Shown: positions 1 through 10,717, counted from the stretch's first letter. The stretch: DNA of 64,000 bases from an uncultured Candidatus Rokubacteria bacterium (GCA_963826115.1 CAWGVS010000010.1:224001-288000), one strand, 5' to 3'. Made by a program: numbers and translations. Notes: generated by a model from the sequence alone, not told the origin.

Positions 1-1
1 C

Positions 2-916
2 GCCCGGGCGGGCAAGCACGTCATCGTCGAGAAGCCGCTCACCGGGTTCTTCGGGCCGCCCGAGACGCCGCGGGCGGAGATGCTGCGCGCGGCGCTCGCC
101 TCGGCCGACGCGCTGATCGGGGCCTGCCAGGCGGCCGGCGTGCGGCTCTGCTACGCGGAGAACTGGGTCTACGCGCCGCCGATCCAGAAGGCGCGCCGAC
201 TCCTCGCGGCGGCGGGCGGGCCGATCCTCCGGATGGTGGGCGAGGAGAGCCACTCGGGCACGCACGCGCCCGCGAACAAGCGCTGGGTGACGGCGGGCGG
301 GGGATCGCTCCTCGGGAAGGGCTGCCATCCGCTCGGCGGCATCCTCTACCTGAAGGCCGACGAGGGCGTCCGGCTCCGGGGGCGGCCGGTCCGGCCGGTG
401 TCGGTGCTGGCCGAGGTCGCGCAGCTCGCCGACACGGAGACCTTCCGCGGCGCCGCGCCCCGCTACCTCAACGTCGTCGAGGGTGCCGACGTCGAGGACT
501 GGGGCAGCATGCTCGTGCGCTTCGACGACGGCACCGTCGCCCAGGTCTCGGCCGCCGACGTCGTCCTGGGCGGCATCCGGAACCAGCTGGCGATCTACGC
601 GGCCAAGGCCCTGATCTTCTGCAACATCAACCCGAACGACTCCGTCCAGGCCTACGCCCCCGATCCGGCGGTCTTCGGCGCCGAGTACATCACCGAGAAG
701 ATCGAGACCAAGGCGGGCTGGACGTTCCCCCAGCCGGACGAGGACTGGATGACCGGCTATCCGGCGGAGATCCAGGACTTCATGGAGAGCGTGGCCTTCG
801 GCCGCGAGCCCCTGTCGGGCGGCGCGCTCGCGCGGGACGTCGTCGCGGTCACCTACGCGGCGTACCTGTCGGCGGCGGAGGGGCGACGGGTGGCGCTCGG
901 TCCTCACCTCCGCTGA
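2..916 (+). CDS. Gfo/Idh/MocA family oxidoreductase (5' truncated by window edge)
   Basis: The frame is open from base 2: ARAGKHVIVEKPL is the family EKP motif. Also YAENW and GGGSLLGKGCHP. Confidence 0.9.
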   Translation, partial: ARAGKHVIVEKPLTGFFGPPETPRAEMLRAALASADALIGACQAAGVRLCYAENWVYAPPIQKARRLLAAAGGPILRMVGEESHSGTHAPANKRWVTAGGGSLLGKGCHPLGGILYLKADEGVRLRGRPVRPVSVLAEVAQLADTETFRGAAPRYLNVVEGADVEDWGSMLVRFDDGTVAQVSAADVVLGGIRNQLAIYAAKALIFCNINPNDSVQAYAPDPAVFGAEYITEKIETKAGWTFPQPDEDWMTGYPAEIQDFMESVAFGREPLSGGALARDVVAVTYAAYLSAAEGRRVALGPHLR

Positions 917-1054
917 GCGGAGGGCCGGGAGCCCCGCCGCGACCACGGGCAAGGGTCGCGCCCGCCGCCGCGTGGTGCGGTTGACCCGGGCGCGGGGACC
1001 GGCTAGGGTCGAGTGGGTCCCATCACACTCCGCCGCGCAGAGGAGACAGCAGGC

Positions 1055-2932
1055 ATGGCAGCGGTGACAGCGAAGATCCTCCACGTGGACCTCACCACCC
1101 GGACCACCCGCACCGAGGAGATACCCGAGCCGATCCTCAGGCGACACCTGGGCGGAGGTGGCCTCGCGGCGTACCTGCTCCTCCGCGACATGCCCGCCGG
1201 GGTCGACCCGCTCGGGCCCGACAACGTGCTGGTCTTCACGACCAGCATCATCAACGGGCTGTCGCTCTCGGGCACCAACCGCTACACCGCGGCGGCCAAG
1301 TCCCCGCTGACCGGCGGGTACGGCGAGTCGGAGGCGGGCGGCTGGTGGGCGCCGGAGCTGCGCGCGGCCGGCTACGACGGGATCGCGGTGCGGGGGCGCG
1401 CGGAGTCCCCGGTCTACCTCTGGATCAAGGACGGCCAGGTCGAGTTCCGCGACGCCTCGGCGTACTGGGGCAAGCTCTCCGGCGAGGTCCAGGAAGGGCT
1501 CGAGCAGGAGCTTGGCGACAAGCGGATCCGCGTGCTCCAGACCGGGATCTCCGGCGAGCGCGGCGTGCGCTACGCCGCCATCGTCAACCAGCTGAAGCAC
1601 TTCCACGGCCGGTGCGGGCTCGGCGCCGTCATGGGCGCGAAGAACCTGAAGGCCATCGCGGTCCGCGGCTCGAAGGTCAACGCGCCGGTGGACAAGGTCG
1701 GGGCCAAGTCCACGCTCACCTTCTTCAAGGACCACTACGACCGCGCCCGGGACCGGTTCCACCAGACGGGCACGGCCGGCGGCCTCCTGAACCTCGAGGC
1801 GAGCGGCATCCTGCCCACGCGGAACTTCCGCGACGGCTCCTTCGAGCACGCCAAGCAGATCAGCGGCCAGAAGATGGCGGAGACCATCCTCGTCAACCGC
1901 GGCACGTGCTACGCGTGCATGGTGGCCTGCAAGCGCGAGGTCGAGGTGAAGGAGCTCGGCGTGACGCCGCGGTTCGGCGGGCCCGAGTACGAGTCGCTGG
2001 CGGCCACGGGGTCGCTCTGCGGCGTGGGCGATCTCAACGCGCTCGCGAAGATCAACCAGCTGCTGGCGCAGTACGTGCTGGACTCGATCTCCACCGGCGT
2101 GGCCATCGCGTTCGCGATGGAGTGCTACGAGCACGGCATCATCACGAAGGCCGACACGGGCGGGGTCGAGCTCGTGTGGGGCAGCGCCGAGGCCGTCGAG
2201 CAGATGGTGCACCTGATCGGCCGGCGGGAAGGGATCGGCCGGCTTCTGGGCGAGGGCGTGAGGCGGGCGGCCGAGCACCTTGGCCGCGGCGCCGACCGAT
2301 TCGCCATGCACGTCAAGGGGCAGGAGCTCCCGATGCACGACCCGCGCGGGAAGAAGAGCCTGGCGCTCGCCTACGCGCTGTCGCCCACGGGGGCCGACCA
2401 CATGGAGGCCCCGCACGACCCGCTCTACGAGGGCTTCCACCCGGACGGCCCGCTCGGGGGGCTCGGTCTCATCGAGCCGGTGAAGATGCTCGACTTCGGA
2501 CCCCGCAAGGTGCGGGCGTACTACTACACGCAGCAGGTCTGGAGCTTCTACAACTCGGTGGGGATGTGCGACTTCGTCGCGACGCCGCTCAACGCGCTCG
2601 CCCTCGAGCGGTTCGTGGACTACATCAACGCGGTCACCGGCTGGAACATGAGCCTCTACGAGCTGATGAAGGTCGGCGAGCGGTCCAACACCCTCGCCCG
2701 CCTCTTCAACTGCCGCGAGGGCTTCACGCCGGCCGACGACGTTCTGCCGCAGCGGATGCACGAGGGGATCGGCAACGGGGCGCTGAAGGGCGAGCGGGTC
2801 GATCCCGAGCAGTTCCTGACGGCGCGCCGCCTCTACTACGAGATGGCGGGCTGGGACGGGGACACCGGCCGGCCGACGGCGGCGCGCCTCGCCGAGCTCG
2901 AGGTGGACACGTCGGTCTTCCAGACCGCCTGA
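1055..2932 (+). CDS. Aldehyde:ferredoxin oxidoreductase family (W/Mo-pterin)
   Basis: Motifs AKSPLTGGYGES, GRCGLGAVMGAKNLKAI, CYACMVAC, GPEYES and HVKGQELPMHDPRG. AGGAG RBS at 1041. Confidence 0.93.
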   Translation: MAAVTAKILHVDLTTRTTRTEEIPEPILRRHLGGGGLAAYLLLRDMPAGVDPLGPDNVLVFTTSIINGLSLSGTNRYTAAAKSPLTGGYGESEAGGWWAPELRAAGYDGIAVRGRAESPVYLWIKDGQVEFRDASAYWGKLSGEVQEGLEQELGDKRIRVLQTGISGERGVRYAAIVNQLKHFHGRCGLGAVMGAKNLKAIAVRGSKVNAPVDKVGAKSTLTFFKDHYDRARDRFHQTGTAGGLLNLEASGILPTRNFRDGSFEHAKQISGQKMAETILVNRGTCYACMVACKREVEVKELGVTPRFGGPEYESLAATGSLCGVGDLNALAKINQLLAQYVLDSISTGVAIAFAMECYEHGIITKADTGGVELVWGSAEAVEQMVHLIGRREGIGRLLGEGVRRAAEHLGRGADRFAMHVKGQELPMHDPRGKKSLALAYALSPTGADHMEAPHDPLYEGFHPDGPLGGLGLIEPVKMLDFGPRKVRAYYYTQQVWSFYNSVGMCDFVATPLNALALERFVDYINAVTGWNMSLYELMKVGERSNTLARLFNCREGFTPADDVLPQRMHEGIGNGALKGERVDPEQFLTARRLYYEMAGWDGDTGRPTAARLAELEVDTSVFQTA

Positions 2933-2952
2933 GTCGGGCCCGCGACAGGACG

Positions 2953-2985
2953 CGAGGGGCCGCGGCGTTCGCTGCGGCCCCTTCG
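2953..2985 (+). terminator. GC-rich hairpin after AOR, probable terminator
   Basis: Inverted repeat gaggggccgcggcg-ttcg-ctgcggcccctt with a weak U-tail. Confidence 0.5.
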
Positions 2986-3011
2986 TCGTCTCGGCGGAGG
3001 GAAGGATCGGG

Positions 3012-5705
3012 ATGACGCCGGGCTCCGGGAAGGGCCGCGCGCTCGCCGGGCTCGCGATCCTCCTGGGCGTCGGCGTGGCGATTCGCGCCGGCGCGGCCGC
3101 CACCGCCGCGCTCTGGTTCGACGAGGCGACCGCCGGCCTGATGGGCCGCCGCACGCTCCTCGGCGACTTCCTCCTGTACTTCCACGGGCAGGCCTACATG
3201 GGCGCCGTCGACGGCTACCTCCATGCCGTCCCGTTCGCGCTCCTCGGGTCGTCGCTCGACACCATCCGGCTCCTCCCGGTCCTGCTCTCGCTTCTTCACG
3301 TGGCCCTCGTCGCGCTCTTCGTCCGGCGCGTCACGGGCGACGGCCGGTGGGCCGCGGTGGTGGCGCTCGTTCCCACGCCGATGCTGCTCAAGTTCGCCCA
3401 CGACGGCCGGCTCTTCTACGACCTCGTCCCCGTCTGCACGCTCCTCCTCCTGCTCCTTGGGCTCCAGGCCGTCGAGGCTCCCACGGCCCCCGGACGCAGC
3501 CGCGCCCTCCTCGTCGCCGGGCTCCTGGCGGGGCTGGCCTGGTGGACGAACCTCATCCACACGGTCGCGATCGTGGCGGTCGCCGGCGTGGTCGTCCTCG
3601 GCCGCCCGCGCCTCCGCCTCGCCGCGCTCGCGGTGCCGGCGACGTTCCTGCTGGGCAGCGCCCCGTTCTGGGTCTTCGCCGCCACGCGCGGCCACCTCGC
3701 GGCGATCCGCACGCCGCTGGCCGCGACCGCGGCGCTGCCCGGTCAGGCGCATCTCCTCCTGACGCACGCGCTCCCGATCCTCCTCGGCCTGCCTCCCCGC
3801 GCGTTGGCGGGCGCGGCCGGACCGGGCCTCGTCGGGATGAGCCTGGTCGTGCTGGCGGCGGCCCTCGCCGTCTGCCTCGCGCGCGGCGGGACGGGCGGCT
3901 GGCTCGTCGCGGGCGTCGTGGCCGTCGGGTCGGCCGCGGTCGTGGTGGCGGAGCACGGGCGGCTGCTCCGAGGCGACGAGCCGCTCTATCTCCTGCCCGT
4001 GGCCGCCGTGCTGCCGGCCGTGCTCGGCATCCTGCTCGCGCAGATCGCCCGGCGCACCGTGGTCGGCGCGCTCGCCCTCACCCTCGTCCTCCTCGGCGGC
4101 CACGCGGCCGGGCTCCGGGCCGCGTACCCCCAGTTGTTCTCGTGGCGGGAGCTGGAAGCCCGGCGCCAGGAGACCCGATGGCCGGTCGCGATGGTCGAGC
4201 GCCTGGTCGCCGCGGGCGAGACCGCGGTCTACACCCACGACCCCGAGGTGCTGACGTTCGCCAGCGCCGAGCGAGTGACGGTCTCGCACTTCTACCAGGA
4301 GCGCTACCCGCCCCTCGCCGACCGCGTGGACGCGGCCCCGAAGGTCGCGTACTTCGCGCCGGAGCGGATCCCGGCGGGCCTGCTCGAGAGCCTGGCCGCC
4401 GCGGGGATCCGCTTCGACCGGGAGGAGACGCCGCGCGGGCCGCTCCTCAGCGGGTTCCGGCTGGAGCCGACCGAACTGCGCGAGATCCCGCCCACCGGGT
4501 GGAGCGCGACGGCGTCGATCCGTCCCGAGCTGGCGGGACACGCGATCGACCGGGACGCGGGCACGCGATGGCGCACCACCGGCCGTCCGGCGGACGCATG
4601 GCTCCAGGTGGACCTCGGTCGCGTGCGCCAGGTCGGCATGGTCGCGTGGCTGCCGGGGAGCTACCAGGAAGTGCCGCTCGGGTTTCGGCTCGAGACGTCC
4701 GTCGACGGCGGCCAGTTCACCGTCGCGCGGGAGGTGCCGGCCTACTACGGCCCGCTGTACTGGGCGGCGGGGCATCCGATGGGACGCGTGCGCTGGGGCC
4801 GCGTGGAGGTCCGCTTCCCGATCCGGCCCGCGCGCCACGTGCGGCTCACGCACCTCGGCCAGGACGACCGCTACCCGTGGACCGTGCGGGAGCTGTTCGC
4901 CTACGAGGCCGGCCAGCCGGACACCGGGTCGCCCGTCGATCCGCGCGAGGCCGCCAGCGCGCTCCTCGCGATGGGCGCCCGGCACGTCTACGCGGACCAC
5001 GGCGAGGGCCCGCGCCTCGTGGCGGCGTCGGGGGAGCGCCTCCTCGCGCCGCCGGACAACGTCGGCGTGGACCGGTACGGTCTCACGCCGCCGCTCGAGC
5101 GGCTCCCGTTCCTGTCGGTCGCGACGGACGCGGCCATCGCCTTCCCGCGCGGCGCGCCGTCGGGGCCGTCGATCGAGGCCGAGCTCCGGGCGGCCGGCGT
5201 CGGCTTCGTCACGCGGGACGCGGGGGGCTACCGGCTCCTCGGCCGGCTGGACGCGGCGGCCCCGCCGGCCCACGCCGCGAGCGCCGTCCCGGTCCGTGTG
5301 TCGGCGGAGCCCGCCGGCGATGACCCGCGCGCCGCGGTGGATGGCCGCGTCTCGACGCGATGGTCGACGCGGGCCCCGCAGGCGCCGGGTCAGTGGCTCG
5401 AGGTCGAGCTGGACGAGCCGGCCGAGCTCGGCGGGCTCGAGCTGGACCTGGGCGGCGCGACGCTCGAGTACCCGCGCGACCTCGCGGTCCGCGTTCCGCG
5501 CGCCGGGGGCTGGGAGGACCTCCGGATCACCGTCCGCTGGGTGGGACCGCTCGTGTGGACCGGCACCCACGTCCTCCGGGCCGGCGTCGAGCGGATCCTC
5601 GTGACGTTCCCGCCCGCGCGGGTCCGCGCCCTCCGCGTGGTCCAGACCGGACGGGAGGCGTTCCATCCGTGGTCGGTGGCGGAGCTCCGGCTGCTCGCGC
5701 CGTGA
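3012..5705 (+). CDS. Membrane protein: GT-C/ArnT-like multi-TM N-terminus plus two discoidin (F5/8 type C) domains
   Basis: WFDEA..GLMG after TM1 and about 10 hydrophobic segments. Two discoidin-like repeats: AIDRDAGTRW..WLQVDLG and AVDGRVSTRWST..QWLEVELD..WSVAEL. Confidence 0.75.
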   Translation: MTPGSGKGRALAGLAILLGVGVAIRAGAAATAALWFDEATAGLMGRRTLLGDFLLYFHGQAYMGAVDGYLHAVPFALLGSSLDTIRLLPVLLSLLHVALVALFVRRVTGDGRWAAVVALVPTPMLLKFAHDGRLFYDLVPVCTLLLLLLGLQAVEAPTAPGRSRALLVAGLLAGLAWWTNLIHTVAIVAVAGVVVLGRPRLRLAALAVPATFLLGSAPFWVFAATRGHLAAIRTPLAATAALPGQAHLLLTHALPILLGLPPRALAGAAGPGLVGMSLVVLAAALAVCLARGGTGGWLVAGVVAVGSAAVVVAEHGRLLRGDEPLYLLPVAAVLPAVLGILLAQIARRTVVGALALTLVLLGGHAAGLRAAYPQLFSWRELEARRQETRWPVAMVERLVAAGETAVYTHDPEVLTFASAERVTVSHFYQERYPPLADRVDAAPKVAYFAPERIPAGLLESLAAAGIRFDREETPRGPLLSGFRLEPTELREIPPTGWSATASIRPELAGHAIDRDAGTRWRTTGRPADAWLQVDLGRVRQVGMVAWLPGSYQEVPLGFRLETSVDGGQFTVAREVPAYYGPLYWAAGHPMGRVRWGRVEVRFPIRPARHVRLTHLGQDDRYPWTVRELFAYEAGQPDTGSPVDPREAASALLAMGARHVYADHGEGPRLVAASGERLLAPPDNVGVDRYGLTPPLERLPFLSVATDAAIAFPRGAPSGPSIEAELRAAGVGFVTRDAGGYRLLGRLDAAAPPAHAASAVPVRVSAEPAGDDPRAAVDGRVSTRWSTRAPQAPGQWLEVELDEPAELGGLELDLGGATLEYPRDLAVRVPRAGGWEDLRITVRWVGPLVWTGTHVLRAGVERILVTFPPARVRALRVVQTGREAFHPWSVAELRLLAP

Positions 5706-5760
5706 ACCCGGGACCGTGTGGGAGAATGGGCGCCGCGCACCCGCGCGAGGAGGCTTCGGC

Positions 5761-7047
5761 ATGCACGACTTGACGGCGCCGGTCGAGACGCTGCCGCGCC
5801 CGGAGCTCGGGCGGCTCCAGCTCGAGCGGCTGCGCGCGCTCGTGGCGCGGGCAGCCCGCGTGCCGCTCCACCGGGACCGGCTCGCCGCGGCCGGCGTGAC
5901 GCCGGACGGAATCCGCGCGCTCGGCGACATCCGGCGGCTCCCGTTCACGACGAAGACGGACTTCCGCGACACGTACCCGTTCGGCCTCCTTGCTGTGCCC
6001 ATGGACGAGATCGTGCGCATCCACGCGTCCTCGGGGACCACGGGCAAGGCGACCGTCGTCGCCTACACGCGCGGGGACCTGGACGCGTGGACCGAGGTGA
6101 TGGGCCGGACGCTCCGGGCGGGCGGGGTCCGTCCGGGCGACGTCGTGCAGAACGCCTACGGGTACGGGCTCTTCACGGGCGGCCTCGGCTTCCACTACGG
6201 CGCGGAGCACGTGGGCGCGGCCGTCATCCCGGTATCCGGCGGCTTCACCGAACGCCAGCTCGTCGCCTTCCAGGACCTCGGCAGCACCGTGCTCTGCTGC
6301 ACCCCGTCGTACGCGCTCCACCTGGCGGAGGCCATCGAGGAGGCCGGTCTGCCCGCGGCGTCGCTGCGGCTCCGGGTCGGGTTCTTCGGCGCGGAGCCGT
6401 GGACCGAGGCCATGCGGACGGCGATCGAGACGCGCCTCCGCCTGATGGCGCTGAACGTCTACGGGCTGTCGGAGATCACCGGCCCGGGCGTGGCCGTCGA
6501 GTGCCCCGAGCGCCAGGGCATGCACGTGGCCGAGGACCACTTCTTCCCGGAGGTCGTCGACCCGCAGACCCTCGAGCCCGTGCCGCCGGGCGCGACGGGC
6601 GAGCTCGTGCTCACGACGCTCAGCAAGCAGGGGATGCCGCTCCTCCGCTACCGCACCCGCGACCTCACGGCGCTCGATCCCTCGCCGTGCCGCTGCGGCC
6701 GGACGCTGGTGCGCATCGGGCGCATCATGGCGCGGTCCGACGACATGCTGATCATCCGGGGCGTGAACGTCTATCCCTCGCAGGTGGAGCACACGCTCCT
6801 CCAGGTGCCGGAGCTCGCCCCCCACTACCTCCTGGTCATCCGGCGGGAGCACGCCCTCGACACGCTCGAGGTGCAGGTCGAGACGCAGCCCGGCGCCGCT
6901 CCGGCTGACGCGCTGGCGGCCCGCGTCCGCCGGCGCCTGGTCGAGACGCTCGGCGTGACGGCGGTGGTCAGCCTCGTGGCGCCGAAGACGATCGAGCGGA
7001 GCGCCGGCAAGGCCAAGCGCGTCCTCGACCTGCGCCACCAGGCCTGA
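5761..7047 (+). CDS. paaK: Phenylacetate--CoA ligase
   Basis: Motifs RIHASSGTTGK, YGYGLFTGGLGFHYG, YGLSEI.GPG and GKAKRVLDLR. GGAGG RBS at 5748. Confidence 0.92.
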   Translation: MHDLTAPVETLPRPELGRLQLERLRALVARAARVPLHRDRLAAAGVTPDGIRALGDIRRLPFTTKTDFRDTYPFGLLAVPMDEIVRIHASSGTTGKATVVAYTRGDLDAWTEVMGRTLRAGGVRPGDVVQNAYGYGLFTGGLGFHYGAEHVGAAVIPVSGGFTERQLVAFQDLGSTVLCCTPSYALHLAEAIEEAGLPAASLRLRVGFFGAEPWTEAMRTAIETRLRLMALNVYGLSEITGPGVAVECPERQGMHVAEDHFFPEVVDPQTLEPVPPGATGELVLTTLSKQGMPLLRYRTRDLTALDPSPCRCGRTLVRIGRIMARSDDMLIIRGVNVYPSQVEHTLLQVPELAPHYLLVIRREHALDTLEVQVETQPGAAPADALAARVRRRLVETLGVTAVVSLVAPKTIERSAGKAKRVLDLRHQA

Positions 7048-7054
7048 CCCGCGG

Positions 7055-8551
7055 TCAGGCGGCGCGGGCCGAGCCGCGCGCGAGCCGGTGAAGCGTCTCC
7101 GGCGTGACCGGGTCGCCGGCGGGCGGCCGCGGGCCGGCCGGCGACCGGAGCAGGTAGAAGCCCTTGAAGGCGTGCTGCCCCGTGAACTTCAGCCCGACCG
7201 CGGGCGCCGCCGCGCGCGGCTCGGCGAGGCGGAGCGGCGAGCCGAAGGTCGAGTCGTCCCAGTACACGACCACGTCCGGCAGGCGGGACGCGAGGGCCGC
7301 GGCGGCGTCGGGGGCGGTGCGGAACACCCGGTGGACGATGGGCCGGCCGTCGCCGCCCCGCGCCGCGCGGAGAGTCTCCTCGATGCGCCCGACCACGTCG
7401 TCGTAGCCCTCGGGCGGGACGATGCCGCGCGCCTCGCGCCCGCGCAGGTTGACGCGGACCCAGCCGTGCTGGTCGGTCGGCAGCGCGAACGCGGCCGTGC
7501 GCGACCAGTCGTAGGTGGGCACGGCCATCGCGGGCTGCGACAGCGCGCCGGTGATCGTCCGGGGCACGTGCCGGTAATAGAGGTGCTTCACGCCGTCGGG
7601 CAGGCTCCGCTTGACCGCGCGCGCGGCCCGCTCCGCCGCCTCCGACCAGGAATGGTCCCGCCACGGCCGGGGGACGGCGAAGCCGCTCGCGCGGAGCAGG
7701 GCCTCGAGGATCGTCGGGATACCGCGGGCGGGCCGCATCCCGTGGAGCGAGAACACCAGGAGCGTCGCGTGCGGCCCCGCCGCGTCCCGGAGCCGGCCGA
7801 TCTCGCGATCGACGGCCTGGAGCAGCGCGGCCAGGCCGGGCCCGCGCGGCGCGGGCAGGCCGTGGTCCGGGTGCGTGGGATCGACGGTGTGCCACAGGAG
7901 GTGCTCCATGTGGTGCACCTCCGGGAAGACCAGGACGAACAGGTCGGGCCTCGTGTCCGAGAGCAGGCGCAGCGCCAGCCGCCCCCGCTGCTCGACCCCC
8001 TGGATGCAGGTCGCCAGCGCGCCCGCGAGCCCGTCGAGGTCTCGGGGGCCGATTGCGTCGACCCCGCCCGCCGCGAAGGGATGCATTCCGCCCGCGCTGC
8101 GGACGACCGGCTCGAGGGTGGCCGGGAAGACCTCGAGCCGGCCCTTCAGGTAGTCGTGCGCGCCCCAGTCGAGGACCTCGTGGCATCCGGGAATCCCGAG
8201 GAGCGGCGCGAACGGGACGTCGAGCACCGTGACCGACCGGCCCGCCTCCGCATCGCCGCGCCAGAACGGATCGAGGTGGTCCCACGACGGCCGCGCGAGG
8301 TCGAGCGAGTCCGGCCGCCACGCCCATTCCCCGTAGAGCCCGTGCTCGCCGAGTGGCCTGCCGCTCAAGAACGAGGGCCAGAGCCCGCTGCTGCAGGTGG
8401 GTGGCGCCGGCACGACCGGGCCCCAGACGCCCTCCGCGGCGAGGTCGCGCAGGGAGGGGAGGTCGCCCCGCTCCATCAGCCGGCGCACGAGCGTGGGCTC
8501 GGCCGCGTCGATGCCGATCAGGAGGACGGGGCCGGCCTCAGATGGGCTCAT
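7055..8551 (-). CDS. Alkaline phosphatase family / type I phosphodiesterase-nucleotide pyrophosphatase
   Basis: Motifs VLLIGIDAAE, WPSFLSG...HGLY, VFSLHG, VRVNLRGRE..GIV and TGQH. Its start overlaps the stop of the upstream gene. Confidence 0.82.
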   Translation of the reverse strand: MSPSEAGPVLLIGIDAAEPTLVRRLMERGDLPSLRDLAAEGVWGPVVPAPPTCSSGLWPSFLSGRPLGEHGLYGEWAWRPDSLDLARPSWDHLDPFWRGDAEAGRSVTVLDVPFAPLLGIPGCHEVLDWGAHDYLKGRLEVFPATLEPVVRSAGGMHPFAAGGVDAIGPRDLDGLAGALATCIQGVEQRGRLALRLLSDTRPDLFVLVFPEVHHMEHLLWHTVDPTHPDHGLPAPRGPGLAALLQAVDREIGRLRDAAGPHATLLVFSLHGMRPARGIPTILEALLRASGFAVPRPWRDHSWSEAAERAARAVKRSLPDGVKHLYYRHVPRTITGALSQPAMAVPTYDWSRTAAFALPTDQHGWVRVNLRGREARGIVPPEGYDDVVGRIEETLRAARGGDGRPIVHRVFRTAPDAAAALASRLPDVVVYWDDSTFGSPLRLAEPRAAAPAVGLKFTGQHAFKGFYLLRSPAGPRPPAGDPVTPETLHRLARGSARAA

Positions 8552-9557
8552 CGAATAGCTCCTGGGGGTTGATCCAGCGCCCCTCCGACGCGGACCGCGC
8601 GCACGCCTCGAGGAGGGCGATCGTCTGGAGGTTGTCGCGGCCGCTCGACTCCGGCTCCACGCCCTCGGCGACGGCGCGTGCGAGCTGGCGGAGCAGCGTG
8701 ACCTCCTCGACCTCGGGTCGCGGGCCGCGGCGGACCAGGCGCGGCAGCCGCCCCCGCTCGCACCACACGAGCCACCGGTGGAAGACATGGAGCGTCCCCC
8801 GGTCGGTGACGGCCCGGAGGTAGAACTCCTGGCCCCGCTCGAAGAACTCGTGGCCGCGCGAATCGTAGGTGGCGGAGAGGGACGCGCGGACGCCGTCCTC
8901 GAACTCGAGCAGGATCTGCATCGACGCGCCGGGCGGCGCCTCGCCCCACGGGAGCGTGAACCGCTGGGCGAGCGCGCGCACGGCGCGCCGGCCCAGCACG
9001 TGGCGAAGACCATCGAGGTGGTGGACGGCGGCCTCCCAGAGCACGGTGTCCCTCATGGTCTGGAGGGCCGGCGCCATCTCCTTCACGCTCCGGTAGGTCT
9101 GCGCCACGATCATGCCGACGCGACCCAGCTCGCCGCCGCGGAGGAGCCGCCCGAGGGTCTGCGGCATCCGCGTGTAGCGGTAGTTCTGGCCCACCATCAG
9201 GGGGACGCGCCGCGCCTCGGCCTGCGCGACGAGCCCGCGCGCCTCGCGGAGGCTCAGGGTGAACGGCTTCTCCACGAGGACGCCGAGACCGCGATCCAGC
9301 GCCGCCCGGCTCGGCTCGACGTGGCAGTCGATCGACGTCGCGACGATGGCCGCCTGCGGCTTTCCGGCGTCCATCGCGGCGTCGAGGCCGGGGTGGACGA
9401 GACCCTCGGCGAGCCCGAGCTCGCGCGCGGCCGCCGTTCGCCGGCCGGCGTCGGGCTCGACCACCCCCGCGAGCTCGAAGCCGGGCGTGGCCTCGAGAAG
9501 GCGGGCCCACTGCCGGCCTCGCGCCCCGAGCCCGAGGACGACTACAGGGAGCGTCAC
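8538..9557 (-). CDS. Gfo/Idh/MocA family oxidoreductase
   Basis: Rossmann GLGARG, VLVEKPF, VGQNYRY and VHHLD. Confidence 0.9.
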   Translation of the reverse strand: MTLPVVVLGLGARGRQWARLLEATPGFELAGVVEPDAGRRTAAARELGLAEGLVHPGLDAAMDAGKPQAAIVATSIDCHVEPSRAALDRGLGVLVEKPFTLSLREARGLVAQAEARRVPLMVGQNYRYTRMPQTLGRLLRGGELGRVGMIVAQTYRSVKEMAPALQTMRDTVLWEAAVHHLDGLRHVLGRRAVRALAQRFTLPWGEAPPGASMQILLEFEDGVRASLSATYDSRGHEFFERGQEFYLRAVTDRGTLHVFHRWLVWCERGRLPRLVRRGPRPEVEEVTLLRQLARAVAEGVEPESSGRDNLQTIALLEACARSASEGRWINPQELFDEPI

Positions 9558-9573
9558 CGCGCGCCCTCGTCTC

Positions 9574-10717
9574 TAGTGTTCCGTCCGCGAAGTCATGTTA
9601 ACGGCCACGCCGGACGGCCTTGGCGATGATGTCCGCCGGGGTCTTGGTCCAGACGAAGGGCGTCGGGTGATCGTTCCAGTGCGCGATGTACTGGTCGATG
9701 TGGCGGATCAGGGCCCGGACGGTGTCGAACGACCCGCGACGCACCGACTTCCGGGTCAGGATCCCGAACCACGCTTCGATCATGTTCAGCCAGGACGCGC
9801 CCTTCGGGGTGAAGTGCAACTGGACCGTCGGATGCGCCTGCGAGCCAGGCCTGCACCGCCGGGGTCGAGTGGGTGGACGAGTTGTCCACCACGACGTGCA
9901 ACTCGCGCCCGCGATACGCACGCGCGAGCCGCTTGAGAAACGCCAGGAAGTCGGCCCCGGTATGCCGGGGGCGACATTCGCCGAGGACCCGCCCACTGGC
10001 CACCTCGAGCGCGGCGTACAGACTCGTCAGGCCGTTCCGCCGGTAGTCATGCGTCTGGCGGGCGGGCAACCCGGGTCGCAACGGGAGCAGCGGCTGCGTG
10101 CGGCTCAGGGCCTGAATCTGCGTCTTCTCATCGAGGCAGAGCACGACCGCGTGCGTGGGCGGATTCAGATACAACCCGACCACGTCTTCGATCTTCTCCG
10201 CCGCCTGCGGATCGGTGGTGAACTTGAACGTCGTCACCCGGTGCGGCTGCAGGGCATGCGCTTTCCAGATCCGATGCACCGTGGTGTGGGACACCCCCGC
10301 CCGGCGGGCCAGCTCCCGGGTCGTCCAGTGGGTTGTTCCCGCCGCGGGGGGGCGGAGCGTGAGGGCCACGACCTGCGCCCGCTGCCGCGCGCTCAGCGTG
10401 GGCGGCCGGCCCGACCGGGGGCGCTCGTGCAAGCCCGCGACGCCGCCCTCGGCAAAGCGGCGCCGCAGGCGACTGACCTGCACCACGGTGTACCCCGTGC
10501 GGTCGGCGATCTCCACGCCGGACAACCCCTGGACCATCAGGAGCACCGCGCGGACGCGGCGACTGAGGCCGGCTCGGACCGACGGGGACCGCTGCAGCCG
10601 CTCCAACTCATGCCGGTCCGCCTCGGTCACGGTGATGGGCCGGATGCGATTGGCCATGGCGATCCTCCTGGAGCATGCCATGGCTAATATTAACTCTACT
10701 TCGGTGACGGAACACTA
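9574..10717. mobile_element. IS630-family insertion sequence with TA target duplication in a CTAG site
   Basis: Imperfect terminal inverted repeats: ctagtgttccgtccgcgaagtcatgtta (9573-9600) versus the reverse complement of taactctacttcggtgacggaacactag (10691-10718). TA at 9574-75 and 10716-17. Confidence 0.92.
9598..10657 (-). CDS. IS630 family transposase (one frameshift near 9840)
   Basis: HTH region WTTRELA, then DEKTQIQAL, THDYRRNG and VVDNSSTH. It continues in another frame as HPTVQLHFTPKGASWLNMIEAWF...PFVWTK. Confidence 0.9.

Noticed and set aside
2724-6047. Very long alternative-frame or antisense ORFs (e.g. 2724-6047, 18028-20220, 24979-27393, 60731-62935)
   Set aside because: These are Arg/Pro/Gly-rich shadow ORFs expected at high GC. 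They overlap genes with clear family motifs.
9825-9855. Programmed ribosomal frameshift in the IS630 transposase
   Set aside because: There is no slippery A-rich heptamer at the break, which lies inside the DDE domain. It matches the window's general indel pattern.
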